From a virus (taxonomy: Duplodnaviria; Caudoviricetes), in IMG/VR virus record IMGVR_UViG_3300048574_000531, positions 1 through 53,476 of that record: a stretch of 53,476 nucleotides of DNA. One strand, 5' to 3'. Positions 9,286 through 18,438 of this stretch are shown one piece after another (the first letter of the stretch is position 1; each line of letters opens with the position of its first letter). The position numbers and the translations under genes were made by a program. A model generated the notes under the pieces. The model was given only the letters and a program-made list of their open reading frames with translations, searched no databases and was not told the DNA's origin.

Positions 9286-10275
9286 CTAGAAGCCAGGTAC
9301 GCCGTCAGCCCGCAGCTTCTTGGCTGTGTCGCTCAATTTGTATGTGACCGCCGCATGCTTCCTGCCCTCGAACATCCGAGCCATGTCAATGAAGTCCAGT
9401 CTGAAATCCGTCAGCAACTGTCGCATGGCCAAGACCTCCAGTCGGCATGCCTCGACTTCGTATCCTTTACCAGACAGTTTCCTCAGCAGATCCAGGGTAA
9501 GCGAGCGCGAATCCATGCCGCAGAGTGCCTTGTGCTGAATGGTGATCCGCGCATCGGCGCCGCCGTTATAGGCATGCGGGTTCATCTCGACCAACTTTTC
9601 GACCGGATAGTGGATATCCAGGCGCTGCATCGGTTTCTCAGCCTTCGGCAGCCACTCGCCCTCCAGTGCATAGGCGGCTATGAAGTTGCGCGCCGAGTCA
9701 AGTTGATCGGCAGGGATATCCTCCGCGCTTCGTACATTGAAAGCGGCGTGAACCTGAGCCCACAGTTTCATCGTTGCCCGGCGCTGGCTTTGAGTCGGCA
9801 GCGAGCGAACCTTGCCGGCCACCAATGAGCCCAGGACGTGGAAGCCGTCAGTGCCGATAGTAGTGCTCAGAACGCTGGCAGCGCTCCGATCATCCCGGCG
9901 AACGGCCAAGCCGTCGTTCCAGTACGCCCAGAGTGCATCATCGCATTCGTTCTGGTAGGCGATCACATTGTCACGCAGGTCAGGTCGCACCTTACTGGCG
10001 TGGATCGACATCAGCCAACCGGCGAGTTTTCTCAGTGGCAGACATGCCATTTCGCGTTGCCTACCGTCACCAGCAACTGTGGTGATCATCACCATAGTTG
10101 AGTTGAATCGACCTCCCTGCAGTTTTGCGTACTGGCTTTTCCAGTCCAGCCCCATGCCATCGACCACCGGCTTCATCGGCACGAATGGCTCGCCGCCGTT
10201 GTCGACCAGCAGCAGCTCCTTCTGGCGGAACGGGATGATCTTGGCTGAAACACTGGTTGTGCTATGATTCGTCAT
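9286..10275 (-). CDS. ant: Antirepressor, P22 Ant N-terminal family
   Basis: EPFVPMKPVVDGMGLDWKSQYAKL...REMACLPLRKLAGWLMSI...YQNECDDALW. Confidence 0.9.
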   Translation of the reverse strand: MTNHSTTSVSAKIIPFRQKELLLVDNGGEPFVPMKPVVDGMGLDWKSQYAKLQGGRFNSTMVMITTVAGDGRQREMACLPLRKLAGWLMSIHASKVRPDLRDNVIAYQNECDDALWAYWNDGLAVRRDDRSAASVLSTTIGTDGFHVLGSLVAGKVRSLPTQSQRRATMKLWAQVHAAFNVRSAEDIPADQLDSARNFIAAYALEGEWLPKAEKPMQRLDIHYPVEKLVEMNPHAYNGGADARITIQHKALCGMDSRSLTLDLLRKLSGKGYEVEACRLEVLAMRQLLTDFRLDFIDMARMFEGRKHAAVTYKLSDTAKKLRADGVPGF

Positions 10276-10342
10276 GACGTTGTTTACCTCGATAGTTTCG
10301 ACGTTACCCAAAGCCCTGGCCGTTGGCGCGACCGGGGCTTTT

Positions 10343-10495
10343 TCATGCCCGCACATTGCTGGCGTTTTTCTTCGCTTGAGCGATGATCTCGACTAGCTGC
10401 GCATTCATAGAGCGGTTTTGCTCCTTCGCTTGCGATTTCAGCCAATCCATCAGATCACCGGGAAAGCGGACTTGCGTACGAGCTGTGATCTGCAT
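10343..10495 (-). CDS. Arc/Mnt-family repressor (50 aa, not in ORF track)
   Basis: Translated by hand: MQITARTQVRFPGDLMDWLKSQAKEQNRSMNAQLVEII; RBS AGGGAG. Confidence 0.85.
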   Translation of the reverse strand: MQITARTQVRFPGDLMDWLKSQAKEQNRSMNAQLVEIIAQAKKNASNVRA

Positions 10496-10505
10496 GAGCC
10501 CTCCC

Positions 10506-10524
10506 TAGTGACACGGAGTCACTA
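10506..10524. promoter_or_regulatory. Palindromic operator between divergent Arc genes
   Basis: TAGTGAC-N5-GTCACTA; further AGTGAC half-sites at about 10541-10557. Confidence 0.65.
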
Positions 10525-10557
10525 TACATTAAATTTTATCAGTGACAAGGTAGTGAC

Positions 10558-10800
10558 ATGAAAGAAGATTCCTACCGATCCCAGTTCCGGCTCCCCTACT
10601 CCCTTTATGAGCAACTCAAGGCTTCTGCAGACCAGAATCAGCGCTCCGTGAATGCCGAGCTGGTTTCCGCCCTGCAAAACCACTACCGAGGGACGTCTTT
10701 TGGGATTCCCCAGGTCATTGATCAAGTCACCCAGCAACTTGATCAAACCAAGGGCGTATCGGTGGAAATCAGCATTTCCATTAAGCCCGATGTCACCTAA
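10558..10800 (+). CDS. Arc/Mnt-family DNA-binding protein
   Basis: RSQFRLPYSLYEQLKASADQNQRSVNAELV. Confidence 0.88.
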   Translation: MKEDSYRSQFRLPYSLYEQLKASADQNQRSVNAELVSALQNHYRGTSFGIPQVIDQVTQQLDQTKGVSVEISISIKPDVT

Positions 10801-10836
10801 CTGAAGCCCTGGCCTGCACGCCGGGGCTTCTTCGTT

Positions 10837-10992
10837 TCAGGCTGCTGCCTGCTCTTGTCGCCTTTTCTCTTCCGAGATCATGAAAACCATCTCTGCGGTC
10901 TGTGACCGATGGTTCTTCTGTGCCTGGCTCTCTAGCCATTTCTTTAGCTCCTCCGGTAAGCGCAGATTGAATTGCGGGTCTTTTCTACTCAT
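10837..10992 (-). CDS. Arc/Mnt-family repressor (51 aa, not in ORF track)
   Basis: Translated by hand: MSRKDPQFNLRLPEELKKWLESQAQKNHRSQTAEMV; RBS AGGAG. Confidence 0.88.
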   Translation of the reverse strand: MSRKDPQFNLRLPEELKKWLESQAQKNHRSQTAEMVFMISEEKRRQEQAAA

Positions 10993-11084
10993 TTGCCGCT
11001 CCTATAGCAAAATGCTTGGCTGCCGACACAGTAAAGCAGAATGCTTTATTGCTGTCTATAGCTTCGTGCTACACAATCCGAGCC

Positions 11085-11405
11085 ATGACCAGAGCAGACC
11101 TACAAGTGAATTTCCGCATGCCGGCCAGCCTGAAGGCGATGCTCGAAGCTGCGGCCAAAGAGAATCACCGATCGCTCACAGCGGAGCTGATTGCCCGCCT
11201 GGAAGCATCGTTTCGTCACAACGAACTGGTTGAAGAAACTGCGACCGCATCGGATGCCGTGGTAGAGCGCTCTATCCATGTTCAGAGAACAGATGGAGAG
11301 ATCGTCGTCTACACCAGTGACGCTATTAAGGAAGCGGTTATGAGAGCCTTTGAAAGTATCGAAGCAGGCCAGGGGCCAAAGCCTCGCAAGAAATACCCAA
11401 AGTGA
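11085..11405 (+). CDS. Arc/Mnt-family DNA-binding protein
   Basis: MTRADLQVNFRMPASLKAMLEAAAKENHRSLTAELIARL. Confidence 0.88.
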   Translation: MTRADLQVNFRMPASLKAMLEAAAKENHRSLTAELIARLEASFRHNELVEETATASDAVVERSIHVQRTDGEIVVYTSDAIKEAVMRAFESIEAGQGPKPRKKYPK

Positions 11406-11457
11406 TAACCGCCTGGTCAGGAAGCGGCCACGATCTTTATCCCGCAACGTCCGGGGG

Positions 11458-11508
11458 TGTCGATTCAATTCAACCATGGTCATTATGACCATAGTCGCCG
11501 AAGACGGG
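11458..11508 (+). pseudogene. Inverted fragment of a second ant-like gene
   Basis: Encodes RFNSTMVIMTIVAEDG versus RFNSTMVMITTVAGDG in Ant; differences mostly at third codon positions. Confidence 0.7.
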
Positions 11509-11536
11509 CGTTTGCTTTTGGGTTGTAGTGGGCGGT

Positions 11537-12295
11537 TTACGTCGGCGCCTCACGATGCCGCAGAATCAGCCGCACGCGGTCCCGCCAAGGGCCGCCGAAC
11601 ACTATCAGTTCGCTAGGGCGCCCATACAGATGGTGCAGCAGGAACGGCCCCTGCCCGAACACCTGCGAGTCCTCGCCCGGCAATGACGGATCGCCGGCCA
11701 GGTATATGCCGGCATGGTTCGGGTGAGCCGTCCTGCCTACGGACATGATGATCACGTCACCACGCTTTGCGCTGTCTACGCGGTAGAAGCCGGCAGCTTC
11801 GAAGTTCTGTTCGTAGAGGCTTGGGCCGTTCGACTTTTCCCACCAGCCATCTTCCCTATGGTATTTCGGGAATTCCACCCCCCATTGCCGGGCGTACCAG
11901 TCTGCGCAGACCTGCCAGCAGTCCTGCACGCCATGGACAAATGGGCGCCCCAGGAGAGGTACAGTCGTAACCGGCTCTAGTTGCCTCAAGTCGCCCTCTG
12001 GCCAGCTCAGGATGTACCAAGTTAGCCCCGAAGCATTGCACATGGCCACATCCGCATTGCTTGGCCTGCTGGTGGCGTCAGGGTGGCTATGTACCACCGC
12101 GATGATCTCCCCTTGGTCCTCCGCAGTTGCATATGCCTCTGGCGAGATACGGAACTCCTCATTGGGGTCAGTCGCCGTATTGGCGCATGGCAGATATTTC
12201 TGAGCTCGACCGATCTTTATCAGGAGCCCGCAACATTCTGCCGGGTAGCACGATGCCGCATGTTCGCGGATGGCCCGCTCGATATGTTTCAGCAT
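11537..12295 (-). CDS. Tail assembly protein K (JAB + NlpC/P60)
   Basis: YPAECCG...VHSHPD JAB motif; GRPFVHGVQDCW...HAGIY...HH NlpC domain. Confidence 0.95.
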   Translation of the reverse strand: MLKHIERAIREHAASCYPAECCGLLIKIGRAQKYLPCANTATDPNEEFRISPEAYATAEDQGEIIAVVHSHPDATSRPSNADVAMCNASGLTWYILSWPEGDLRQLEPVTTVPLLGRPFVHGVQDCWQVCADWYARQWGVEFPKYHREDGWWEKSNGPSLYEQNFEAAGFYRVDSAKRGDVIIMSVGRTAHPNHAGIYLAGDPSLPGEDSQVFGQGPFLLHHLYGRPSELIVFGGPWRDRVRLILRHREAPT

Positions 12296-12337
12296 TTCTT
12301 GTGTCCATGAAAAAGGGCGCCGAAGCGCCCTTGAAAG

Positions 12338-12958
12338 TTACGGTCTCTGCCATCGATCATTGGAAAGTATCGCCTCAGGCGGCCAGCCTGACCGAAGCCG
12401 TCCAAAAATGGTCTCGCTCTTTATTCCTGTTCTGGCTGCCCACTCTGCTACACATAAGGAAAGCCCAAAAGCAGTTATATGCCTGTTTCTGCTGGTATTG
12501 CGGTTCTGAGTTCGTCTTGATGCCCACCTGCAATTTCCAGGACGATAGTCGCCATCGTTATCTTCCCTGTCGATCGTAAGCCCATCCGGACACTCACCCA
12601 TATCTCGCAGGAAATTCTCGAACGACTCCCAGCGGGCACAGACCTTTATCCCGCGACCTCCGTATCTTGAGTATTCCTTTCTGCTGGGATTGGCGCAGCG
12701 ATCTATCATCCCTCTCCAGATTCTGTAGGTTCTGGTGTAGCTCTTCCCGTGCGTGGACGCGTTACTGATAAATATTTCTAGCTTCCTACATCCGCAGGAC
12801 TGGCTCTGGCCAGAGGTGAGCCCAGATGTACGCACGACCAGGCGTCTACCACATGCGCATTCACAGGCCCATGCTGTACGTCCGTCAATATTATCGGCCT
12901 TGTCAACAACCGTGAGCCTTCCAAACTTCATGCCTGAAAGGTCTTTTTTGATTGGCAT
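12338..12958 (-). CDS. HNH-type homing endonuclease moron
   Basis: DLSGMKFGRLTV...CECACG...SCGC; W.GM..RC; YGGRGIKVC..W..FENF..DMG...TIDREDND. Confidence 0.85.
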   Translation of the reverse strand: MPIKKDLSGMKFGRLTVVDKADNIDGRTAWACECACGRRLVVRTSGLTSGQSQSCGCRKLEIFISNASTHGKSYTRTYRIWRGMIDRCANPSRKEYSRYGGRGIKVCARWESFENFLRDMGECPDGLTIDREDNDGDYRPGNCRWASRRTQNRNTSRNRHITAFGLSLCVAEWAARTGIKSETIFGRLRSGWPPEAILSNDRWQRP

Positions 12959-12989
12959 ACTCGCTCCCAATGCGCGCCCTAATTGAGGA

Positions 12990-13041
12990 GCGCGCCAGGC
13001 CGGTTAGGGTGCCGGCTTTTCGGGAGCTACCCTAGACGCGC
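12990..13041 (-). ncRNA. c4-like antisense/leader RNA (element B)
   Basis: CTAGGG-tagct-CCCGAAAAGCCGG-caccctaa-CCGGC; loops complementary to downstream TTAGGG and GGGAGC (RBS); TGaTATAAT promoter just upstream. Confidence 0.75.
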
Positions 13042-13053
13042 ATCGTGATTATA

Positions 13054-13803
13054 TCAGGACCGTGCGATGATGCTCACTGCGGGAAATCCCGTAAATGGGA
13101 GTGGGTTTCCCTCGCCAAACCTGGGAATACAGCCAGTTGCGAGGCACCCATCACACTCATCTTTTTCAGGCGAATCCGTCAGGTTGCCGTCAATATCCCG
13201 ATACGGCCCGGTGTACGAGCAAACAGGTCCGCGATACTGGCCTGTCATTGCTTCATGGCAAAGTGTCGTGCACTGCCTGCCGATTTTCTCGTTTGCCACA
13301 TCACCAGGGGATGCCAATTCCCACGACACGGACTCCCCGTCCTCGCTGGTCTTCTGGTCCAGATACCAGACCTCTGTCGCCTCTTGGGTCGGGTCGGCAT
13401 CCGGGTTGCCGGACGGGAAATTCTCGGCGTCCAGATACTGCGCAAGCGTGGTGCGAACTGTCAGCCTGAATTGCAGCAGATCCTCGAACGCCAGGCACAG
13501 GGCCGTGATGCGCCCATTGACGTTGCCGGCGACGAAGCGAGGCCGCGCTGCCTGCCCATCGCTACCGGCCTCTATGCCCTCGATCTGGACGGGCCAGGCG
13601 GCGTACTCGTTGCCCTGCCACCATATCGCCTTGGCCGGCAATTCATCTGCGCTAGCCCCAGCAGCTACCAATTCCTCGGGGGTATGCGCAATTGCATGGC
13701 CGTGAAAGCGGATCACGTCCGCGCCGAAGTCAGAGCCGTCTAGTTCGAACAGGATGATCTCGGCGCCAGGCTCCAATTTCTGGAATTGAGTGACCAGGCT
13801 CAT
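13054..13803 (-). CDS. Minor tail protein L
   Basis: IWWQGNEYAAWPVQIEG; YLDAENF..GNPDADP; C-terminal Cys cluster and FTGFPA. Confidence 0.95.
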   Translation of the reverse strand: MSLVTQFQKLEPGAEIILFELDGSDFGADVIRFHGHAIAHTPEELVAAGASADELPAKAIWWQGNEYAAWPVQIEGIEAGSDGQAARPRFVAGNVNGRITALCLAFEDLLQFRLTVRTTLAQYLDAENFPSGNPDADPTQEATEVWYLDQKTSEDGESVSWELASPGDVANEKIGRQCTTLCHEAMTGQYRGPVCSYTGPYRDIDGNLTDSPEKDECDGCLATGCIPRFGEGNPLPFTGFPAVSIIARS

Positions 13804-14138
13804 GGTGCGAATGCCTCATTGAACGTGACGGTGATGGTGTAGACCCCTGCGCCATTGCCGGTTAACTGGTATTCCTCGGCTCGGTAGAGGCCGAGATCGC
13901 CCAAAGGCGGCGTCCAGAGAAAGGATTTGTATCCTCGGTGGCTATCGAGAAAGTCGCGTATTTCACGGGTGACCGCCTCCTTGCCGACGAAGGTCAGGTT
14001 CCACGATTGGCTCTTTCCATTGATGCCGTCACCTACTACCTGCGCATAACCATCGCCGAACTGAGAAGTCCTGACCCGTTGTGTAGTGGTGCCCTGCGCC
14101 TCTGTTTTGGGGCACCAGACGAACGTCTCAATTGCCAT
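13800..14138 (-). CDS. Minor tail protein M (distal tail)
   Basis: ETFVW.P...QFGDGYAQ...GIN...FL..HRGYKSFLWTPP. Confidence 0.95.
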   Translation of the reverse strand: MAIETFVWCPKTEAQGTTTQRVRTSQFGDGYAQVVGDGINGKSQSWNLTFVGKEAVTREIRDFLDSHRGYKSFLWTPPLGDLGLYRAEEYQLTGNGAGVYTITVTFNEAFAP

Positions 14139-14143
14139 TGTGA

Positions 14144-16582
14144 TTACCCATTGATAGCGCGACCGATTGCGCCGTCTCGGCGTAGATCGCGGGACAGGAG
14201 CTCCCGGTATTTCTGCTCCACAAAGGCTCCTATCTCGCGCCCGAACTGGTTGGCCGTCGCGTCATCCGACGAGACTTGAGATGTGCCATCGCTGGAGATG
14301 TTGACCTCGACGTTGATCTGAGTACCCCCACCGACCACCCCGTCGAGCTTGGCCCTTACGCCAAGGGAGCCGTCCGAACCGCGAGTCAGAGGCATGATCG
14401 CCTCCGGGCCGGCCTCACCCATCAACCCCGTACCATTGGCGAACGGGAACAGTGTCGGCTGACTCACTATGGAGTTGGTGAATGCCCCACCCTTGGCAAA
14501 CATCTGTATGCCGTCTGCCCATGCGCCGCCCTTTGCCTGCGGGAAATAGGTAGAGGAGTAACCCGCCGTGGTTGAGCCCGCGGATGTCGCTCCGCCCGTC
14601 CATAACCCCGCCACGGTGCTGACCGCGCTGGAAAGAATGCCTGTGGCGGCTTGGCGGGCGGCGATGCGCGCCATATCAGCCAGCACGCTCTTGGCAAAGT
14701 CGGAGAACGATAGCTTGCCGGTCGTGGCGAATTGCACGATGGCATCCTCCATGCCGCCAAAGGCGTTCTCAAACAGACTTTTGGTCTGACCCGCTACGTC
14801 CTTGGCGCTTTCGAGGTAATTCTCGTATGCCGATTTGGCACCTAGCGTCCAATCGGATTGAGCCTCGTCCAGTTGAGCGTAGTAATCCTGCTGCATGTCG
14901 ATACGCTGCTCGAGGTGATCCCTGTAAAGCTCGAGTTGTTTTTCATAACCCTGATCGTCGATATCGCCCGCCGCACGCATCTGAGCGGCTTGATTGATCT
15001 GGTCCTGATAATCAGCGATAAGCGCTCGCTGAGAGCGCAGCCGCTCTTGAGCCTTGTCACTCAGACCGATACCGGCCAGCTCATCGCCGTACTGGCGCGA
15101 TTCCGACCCCCTGGACGCGGAGAGGGACTTCTCCAGCGTGGAGATCGCCTCTTGGGCTTTTTTCTGCTTTTCAAGGCTGCTGACTGTTTCCAGCAACGAC
15201 TTGGCATACTCAAGCTGGCTGTCGGTCGCGCCCTTGACGCGCAGGTCGTATACCAGCACCTCATCAGCGCTCATGCCCCACACCTTGGCGGCACGCTCCA
15301 GGGCACTGATCTGGCCGTTGATCGCTTCGGCTTCTTTCGCGGCGGCTGCAGCTGATGCCTTGGCAGCTTCTGCTGCTTTCGCATAATCAGCACCGGTTCC
15401 CTGCCCCGAAGTTGTGGCATCTCCCGCTGCAGCAGCGGCTTCGGCAGCAGCCTGCCCGGCTTTTTGCGCCTGCTCATAGAACTGCTTTATTGCCTCGCCA
15501 GCAAGCGGCTTGTTCAGTGTTTCTTCGATATGCTCCTGAGCGCCATCGATGATGCCCTTTGCATCTTTGGCATACTGCTCCAGGGATGCTATCTGTGCTG
15601 AGTTATCTATGCCGGGCAGCTTGTCTTGCGCTTTGAGAAGGAAGCCGAAGGTTTCTGCAATTGCCAGTTGCACACCGGAAAATGCAACGACGATTCCATC
15701 AGCTGCTAGATCGAATACTCTCTTGACGCCATCGGCTGCGGATGCCAAAAAAGCGATGGCGGAGACGGCCTTTTGTACCGCATCAGGCACCACCTTACCC
15801 AAGCCGCCGGCCTTCTCTGCGCTCTCCAGAAACTGATTGCCCATTGCTGTCAGCACGGGGGCCAATTCGACAGTGAGTTGCTTACCTATCCCGTCTGCTA
15901 GCAGGCTGAAGTTGCTCAGCGCATCGCCGGCCATTTCGACCTTCGCCGAATCGACGGCAGACAGTTTGATGCCGAAAATCTCCACTTGCCGGGATGCCTC
16001 GGCAAGGGTCTCAGAGTCCAGCATCTGAATAGCGGCGGCGTTTTTAGCGCCGAAGAGCGTTGCCGCAACCGCTGCGCGCTCGGCGACAGGAATGTTCTTC
16101 GCCAGCGCCTCGTTGATCGTCGATATCCGCTCGTCGAGCGGCATGGCGGCGACTGACTCATAGCTGAGCCCCAGGCGGTCGAATGCCTGCACCTGCACTT
16201 TGCTGCCTTGGGCAGCCTTGCCAAGCGATACTTCGAGTTTCTGCCCAGCCGATTCTAACTGCTCTAGGCCGATGCCAGACAGTTCCGCCGCGCGCGTTAG
16301 GGTGCCTAGGCTTTCTGTTGTCGTGCGCAGCCGGACAGCCATATCGGCCTGGTCGCCGATCACGTCCAACTGCCGCGCCACCATTGCAGTCAGAGCGGCA
16401 GCGGCGATGCTGGCCCCGGCGCCGATGCCAACACCAAGCGCTGAGCCTGCGCTCTTTGCCGCCTTGGATATTTCAGCCATGCGCTTCTGCGATTCGCGAG
16501 ATGCCTTATCCAGCGGACCGGTAAATCCGCCGATTTTGGCTATAAGGTCGAGCGTCAAAGTGCCCAGTGATTGGCTAGCCAT
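14144..16582 (-). CDS. Tape measure protein
   Basis: About 812 aa, Ala-rich; LGTLTLDLIAKIGGF N-terminus, lambda TMP C-terminal GLMGEAGPEAIMPL. Confidence 0.95.
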   Translation of the reverse strand: MASQSLGTLTLDLIAKIGGFTGPLDKASRESQKRMAEISKAAKSAGSALGVGIGAGASIAAAALTAMVARQLDVIGDQADMAVRLRTTTESLGTLTRAAELSGIGLEQLESAGQKLEVSLGKAAQGSKVQVQAFDRLGLSYESVAAMPLDERISTINEALAKNIPVAERAAVAATLFGAKNAAAIQMLDSETLAEASRQVEIFGIKLSAVDSAKVEMAGDALSNFSLLADGIGKQLTVELAPVLTAMGNQFLESAEKAGGLGKVVPDAVQKAVSAIAFLASAADGVKRVFDLAADGIVVAFSGVQLAIAETFGFLLKAQDKLPGIDNSAQIASLEQYAKDAKGIIDGAQEHIEETLNKPLAGEAIKQFYEQAQKAGQAAAEAAAAAGDATTSGQGTGADYAKAAEAAKASAAAAAKEAEAINGQISALERAAKVWGMSADEVLVYDLRVKGATDSQLEYAKSLLETVSSLEKQKKAQEAISTLEKSLSASRGSESRQYGDELAGIGLSDKAQERLRSQRALIADYQDQINQAAQMRAAGDIDDQGYEKQLELYRDHLEQRIDMQQDYYAQLDEAQSDWTLGAKSAYENYLESAKDVAGQTKSLFENAFGGMEDAIVQFATTGKLSFSDFAKSVLADMARIAARQAATGILSSAVSTVAGLWTGGATSAGSTTAGYSSTYFPQAKGGAWADGIQMFAKGGAFTNSIVSQPTLFPFANGTGLMGEAGPEAIMPLTRGSDGSLGVRAKLDGVVGGGTQINVEVNISSDGTSQVSSDDATANQFGREIGAFVEQKYRELLSRDLRRDGAIGRAING

Positions 16583-16967
16583 ATTTTCTCCAGACATAAA
16601 AAACCGCCCTGAGGCGGTTCCAAGCTTTTGCGCGGCCTATCTGGCCAAACACAGCTCTATTCGATCAGTGAGATCTACTAGCGATTTCATGGCAAGATCT
16701 GGATTGGCACCAGGTCATGCGCCGATTGGGTTAAATCCATCACCTGGCGGAGTGCTGTGCCTGATGCGCTTGATCGCTAAGCATCCCGAACTGTCGCAAA
16801 ACTGTCGGCAAACTGAACCGACTCATGATCAAGAGAGACCGCGCCGCATTCTTCACTCGGAAGATGAGGGAAGGCGGCAAGATCATCAGGGCAACCGTCA
16901 AAAGCATTACACCGAGCTTGACCACCCAAGGGTATCTCTCAGCGTCGAGATCGACTGGTAGACGCCA

Positions 16968-17270
16968 TCAGTGCCACGTCGCCATAGCCTGCTCCAGGCT
17001 TACCGCCGATTCTTCCTCATGCGGCATGAAATCGGACAGCCTGAAGCCGCCGTTCTTGCTGTGTGAGTTGGCATATAACGTGGCGAGCAATGCGGAGCTT
17101 CGCTCGACCCTCATTCCCACATGCAGCGAACCGCGCTTACTGCGGTACTTCGCCCAACTTAGGAACTCAGGATAGCTGAGCCGTTGCTGTGCCTCAGCGA
17201 TAGTCCGACCGCCGATACCGCACAGCACCAACTCATGCCAGAGCTCGTCTAGCTCGCTGAGCTCGGCGTC
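16968..17270 (-). CDS. Tail assembly chaperone GT extension (reached by -1 frameshift)
   Basis: The -1 frame after GGGAAAG reads DAELSELDELWHELVLCGIGGRTIAEAQQRLS. Confidence 0.88.
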   Translation of the reverse strand, partial: DAELSELDELWHELVLCGIGGRTIAEAQQRLSYPEFLSWAKYRSKRGSLHVGMRVERSSALLATLYANSHSKNGGFRLSDFMPHEEESAVSLEQAMATWH

Positions 17271-17656
17271 TTTCCCAGGCTGTTCACCTCGCCGATTACC
17301 GCCAGCAGGGCCACGGTCAGGTTGCCGTCCAGTTCGCCGCGCTCGGAGTCGGCCTCGCCGGTAATGTCCTCAGGTGTAAACACCCGCTTTCCTTCCTCGT
17401 CGCAGATGCTGGCAGCGATCCGGCCGGCCACGCCATCGACCTTCCCGGTCAGTGCTCGCAGGTCGGAGACGACAGAAGAGTACGACAGCGGTCGCACGTA
17501 GACGGTGGCTGTCAGTTCTTTCTCTTCCCTGGTTCCAGGTATCTCCTCTCCGTTTTCATCTTCTTCGTACGATACCTGCATCCAGGTGATCTCGCGCTCA
17601 ACCGGGGTGCCCCTGAAGGCGCCGACCTGCTTGAGGGTGTCGATGGTCAGCTTCAT
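17249..17656 (-). CDS. Tail assembly chaperone G
   Basis: Between major tail and tape measure; ends LGK with slippery G GGA AAG at 17270-17276. Confidence 0.9.
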   Translation of the reverse strand: MKLTIDTLKQVGAFRGTPVEREITWMQVSYEEDENGEEIPGTREEKELTATVYVRPLSYSSVVSDLRALTGKVDGVAGRIAASICDEEGKRVFTPEDITGEADSERGELDGNLTVALLAVIGEVNSLGKTPSSAS

Positions 17657-17665
17657 AGGGACTCC

Positions 17666-18187
17666 TTATGCGGTCTTGCGAATCCAGGCGGAACCGCCCG
17701 AACGCTGGATGGTGGCGGCGGTGGTCACAACCGAGTTGGCGGCGAAGTCGAACGGGAAGTCGCTAACGTAGCCGCGGAAAACGAACCAGGTTCGAGTGGC
17801 CGGAAGGTCGAAGTCCCAGTCGCCGTTACTGTCCTGCTCTGCAGCCGGCACGACGTCCTTACCGTCTGACCAACCCACCGCAAATGCGATGCTTTGATCC
17901 TCCTGATCGTCCGATTCGGAGAGTTGATATAGCCGGTAGTGCGATTCGTTGCGTGGATCGGCGTTCAGGGTCAGGGATGCCTGGCCCGGGGTGCGCAGAC
18001 CGCGCAGATAGCTGCGCACGGTCGCGCTCAGACAGGTGTCTTCGATCTGGTCTGCCGGGTTGCCACCCGGGCTGAATGCGGTAGCGCATTCGATCTCAAT
18101 TACTTCGTATTGGTCGGTCGGGTCACCGCTCGAGTCCAGTTCGCGAACCAGCGCGTAGACCTGCGTGCCCTGGGCAAGAATGCTCAT
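17666..18187 (-). CDS. Major tail tube protein
   Basis: [11 protein letters not shown]...IEDTCL...GLRTPGQAS...[11 protein letters not shown]...IQRSG. Confidence 0.92.
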   Translation of the reverse strand: MSILAQGTQVYALVRELDSSGDPTDQYEVIEIECATAFSPGGNPADQIEDTCLSATVRSYLRGLRTPGQASLTLNADPRNESHYRLYQLSESDDQEDQSIAFAVGWSDGKDVVPAAEQDSNGDWDFDLPATRTWFVFRGYVSDFPFDFAANSVVTTAATIQRSGGSAWIRKTA

Positions 18188-18282
18188 GTCGTCTCCTCGG
18201 ATTTTCATGTCCGGGGAGGCGTGGTGATCAGAGGGGCCTTTCGGCGTGTCTGCTCAGCGTGCCCGGTGTAGTGGGTTTTGGT

Positions 18283-18378
18283 TTATTCGTGCTCTTTCAA
18301 CCAGCGCTCCCAGGCTGCAATTGCAGCCTTGGCGGCGCGGATAAGACTGCGGTGCAGCTCTTTGGTGATTTCGCTCAA
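18283..18378 (-). CDS. 31-aa leader peptide upstream of major tail gene
   Basis: TTG start with GGAG RBS; MSEITKELHRSLIRAAKAAIAAWERWLKEHE. Confidence 0.5.
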   Translation of the reverse strand: MSEITKELHRSLIRAAKAAIAAWERWLKEHE

Positions 18379-18385
18379 AGTGGTG

Positions 18386-18437
18386 CTCCAGAAACGACGA
18401 AGCCCGCACTAGGCGGGCTTGGGGTCGTCGGGGTTGG
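18386..18437 (-). terminator. Terminator shared with 22367-22417
   Basis: AAGCCCGC-ctagt-GCGGGCTT hairpin followed by CGTCGTTTCTGGAG. Confidence 0.75.
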
Positions 18438-18438
18438 G

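Noticed and set aside
12990-13041. tRNA interpretation of the multi-hairpin elements
   Set aside because: Too short and lacking a T-loop, D-loop and CCA; they fit c4-like RNAs better.
7595-16620. Repeated GGCGG-T-run-ATG-NN-TGGAG motif (7602, 8262, 16597)
   Set aside because: Ordinary terminator-plus-RBS junctions common in lambdoid late operons.
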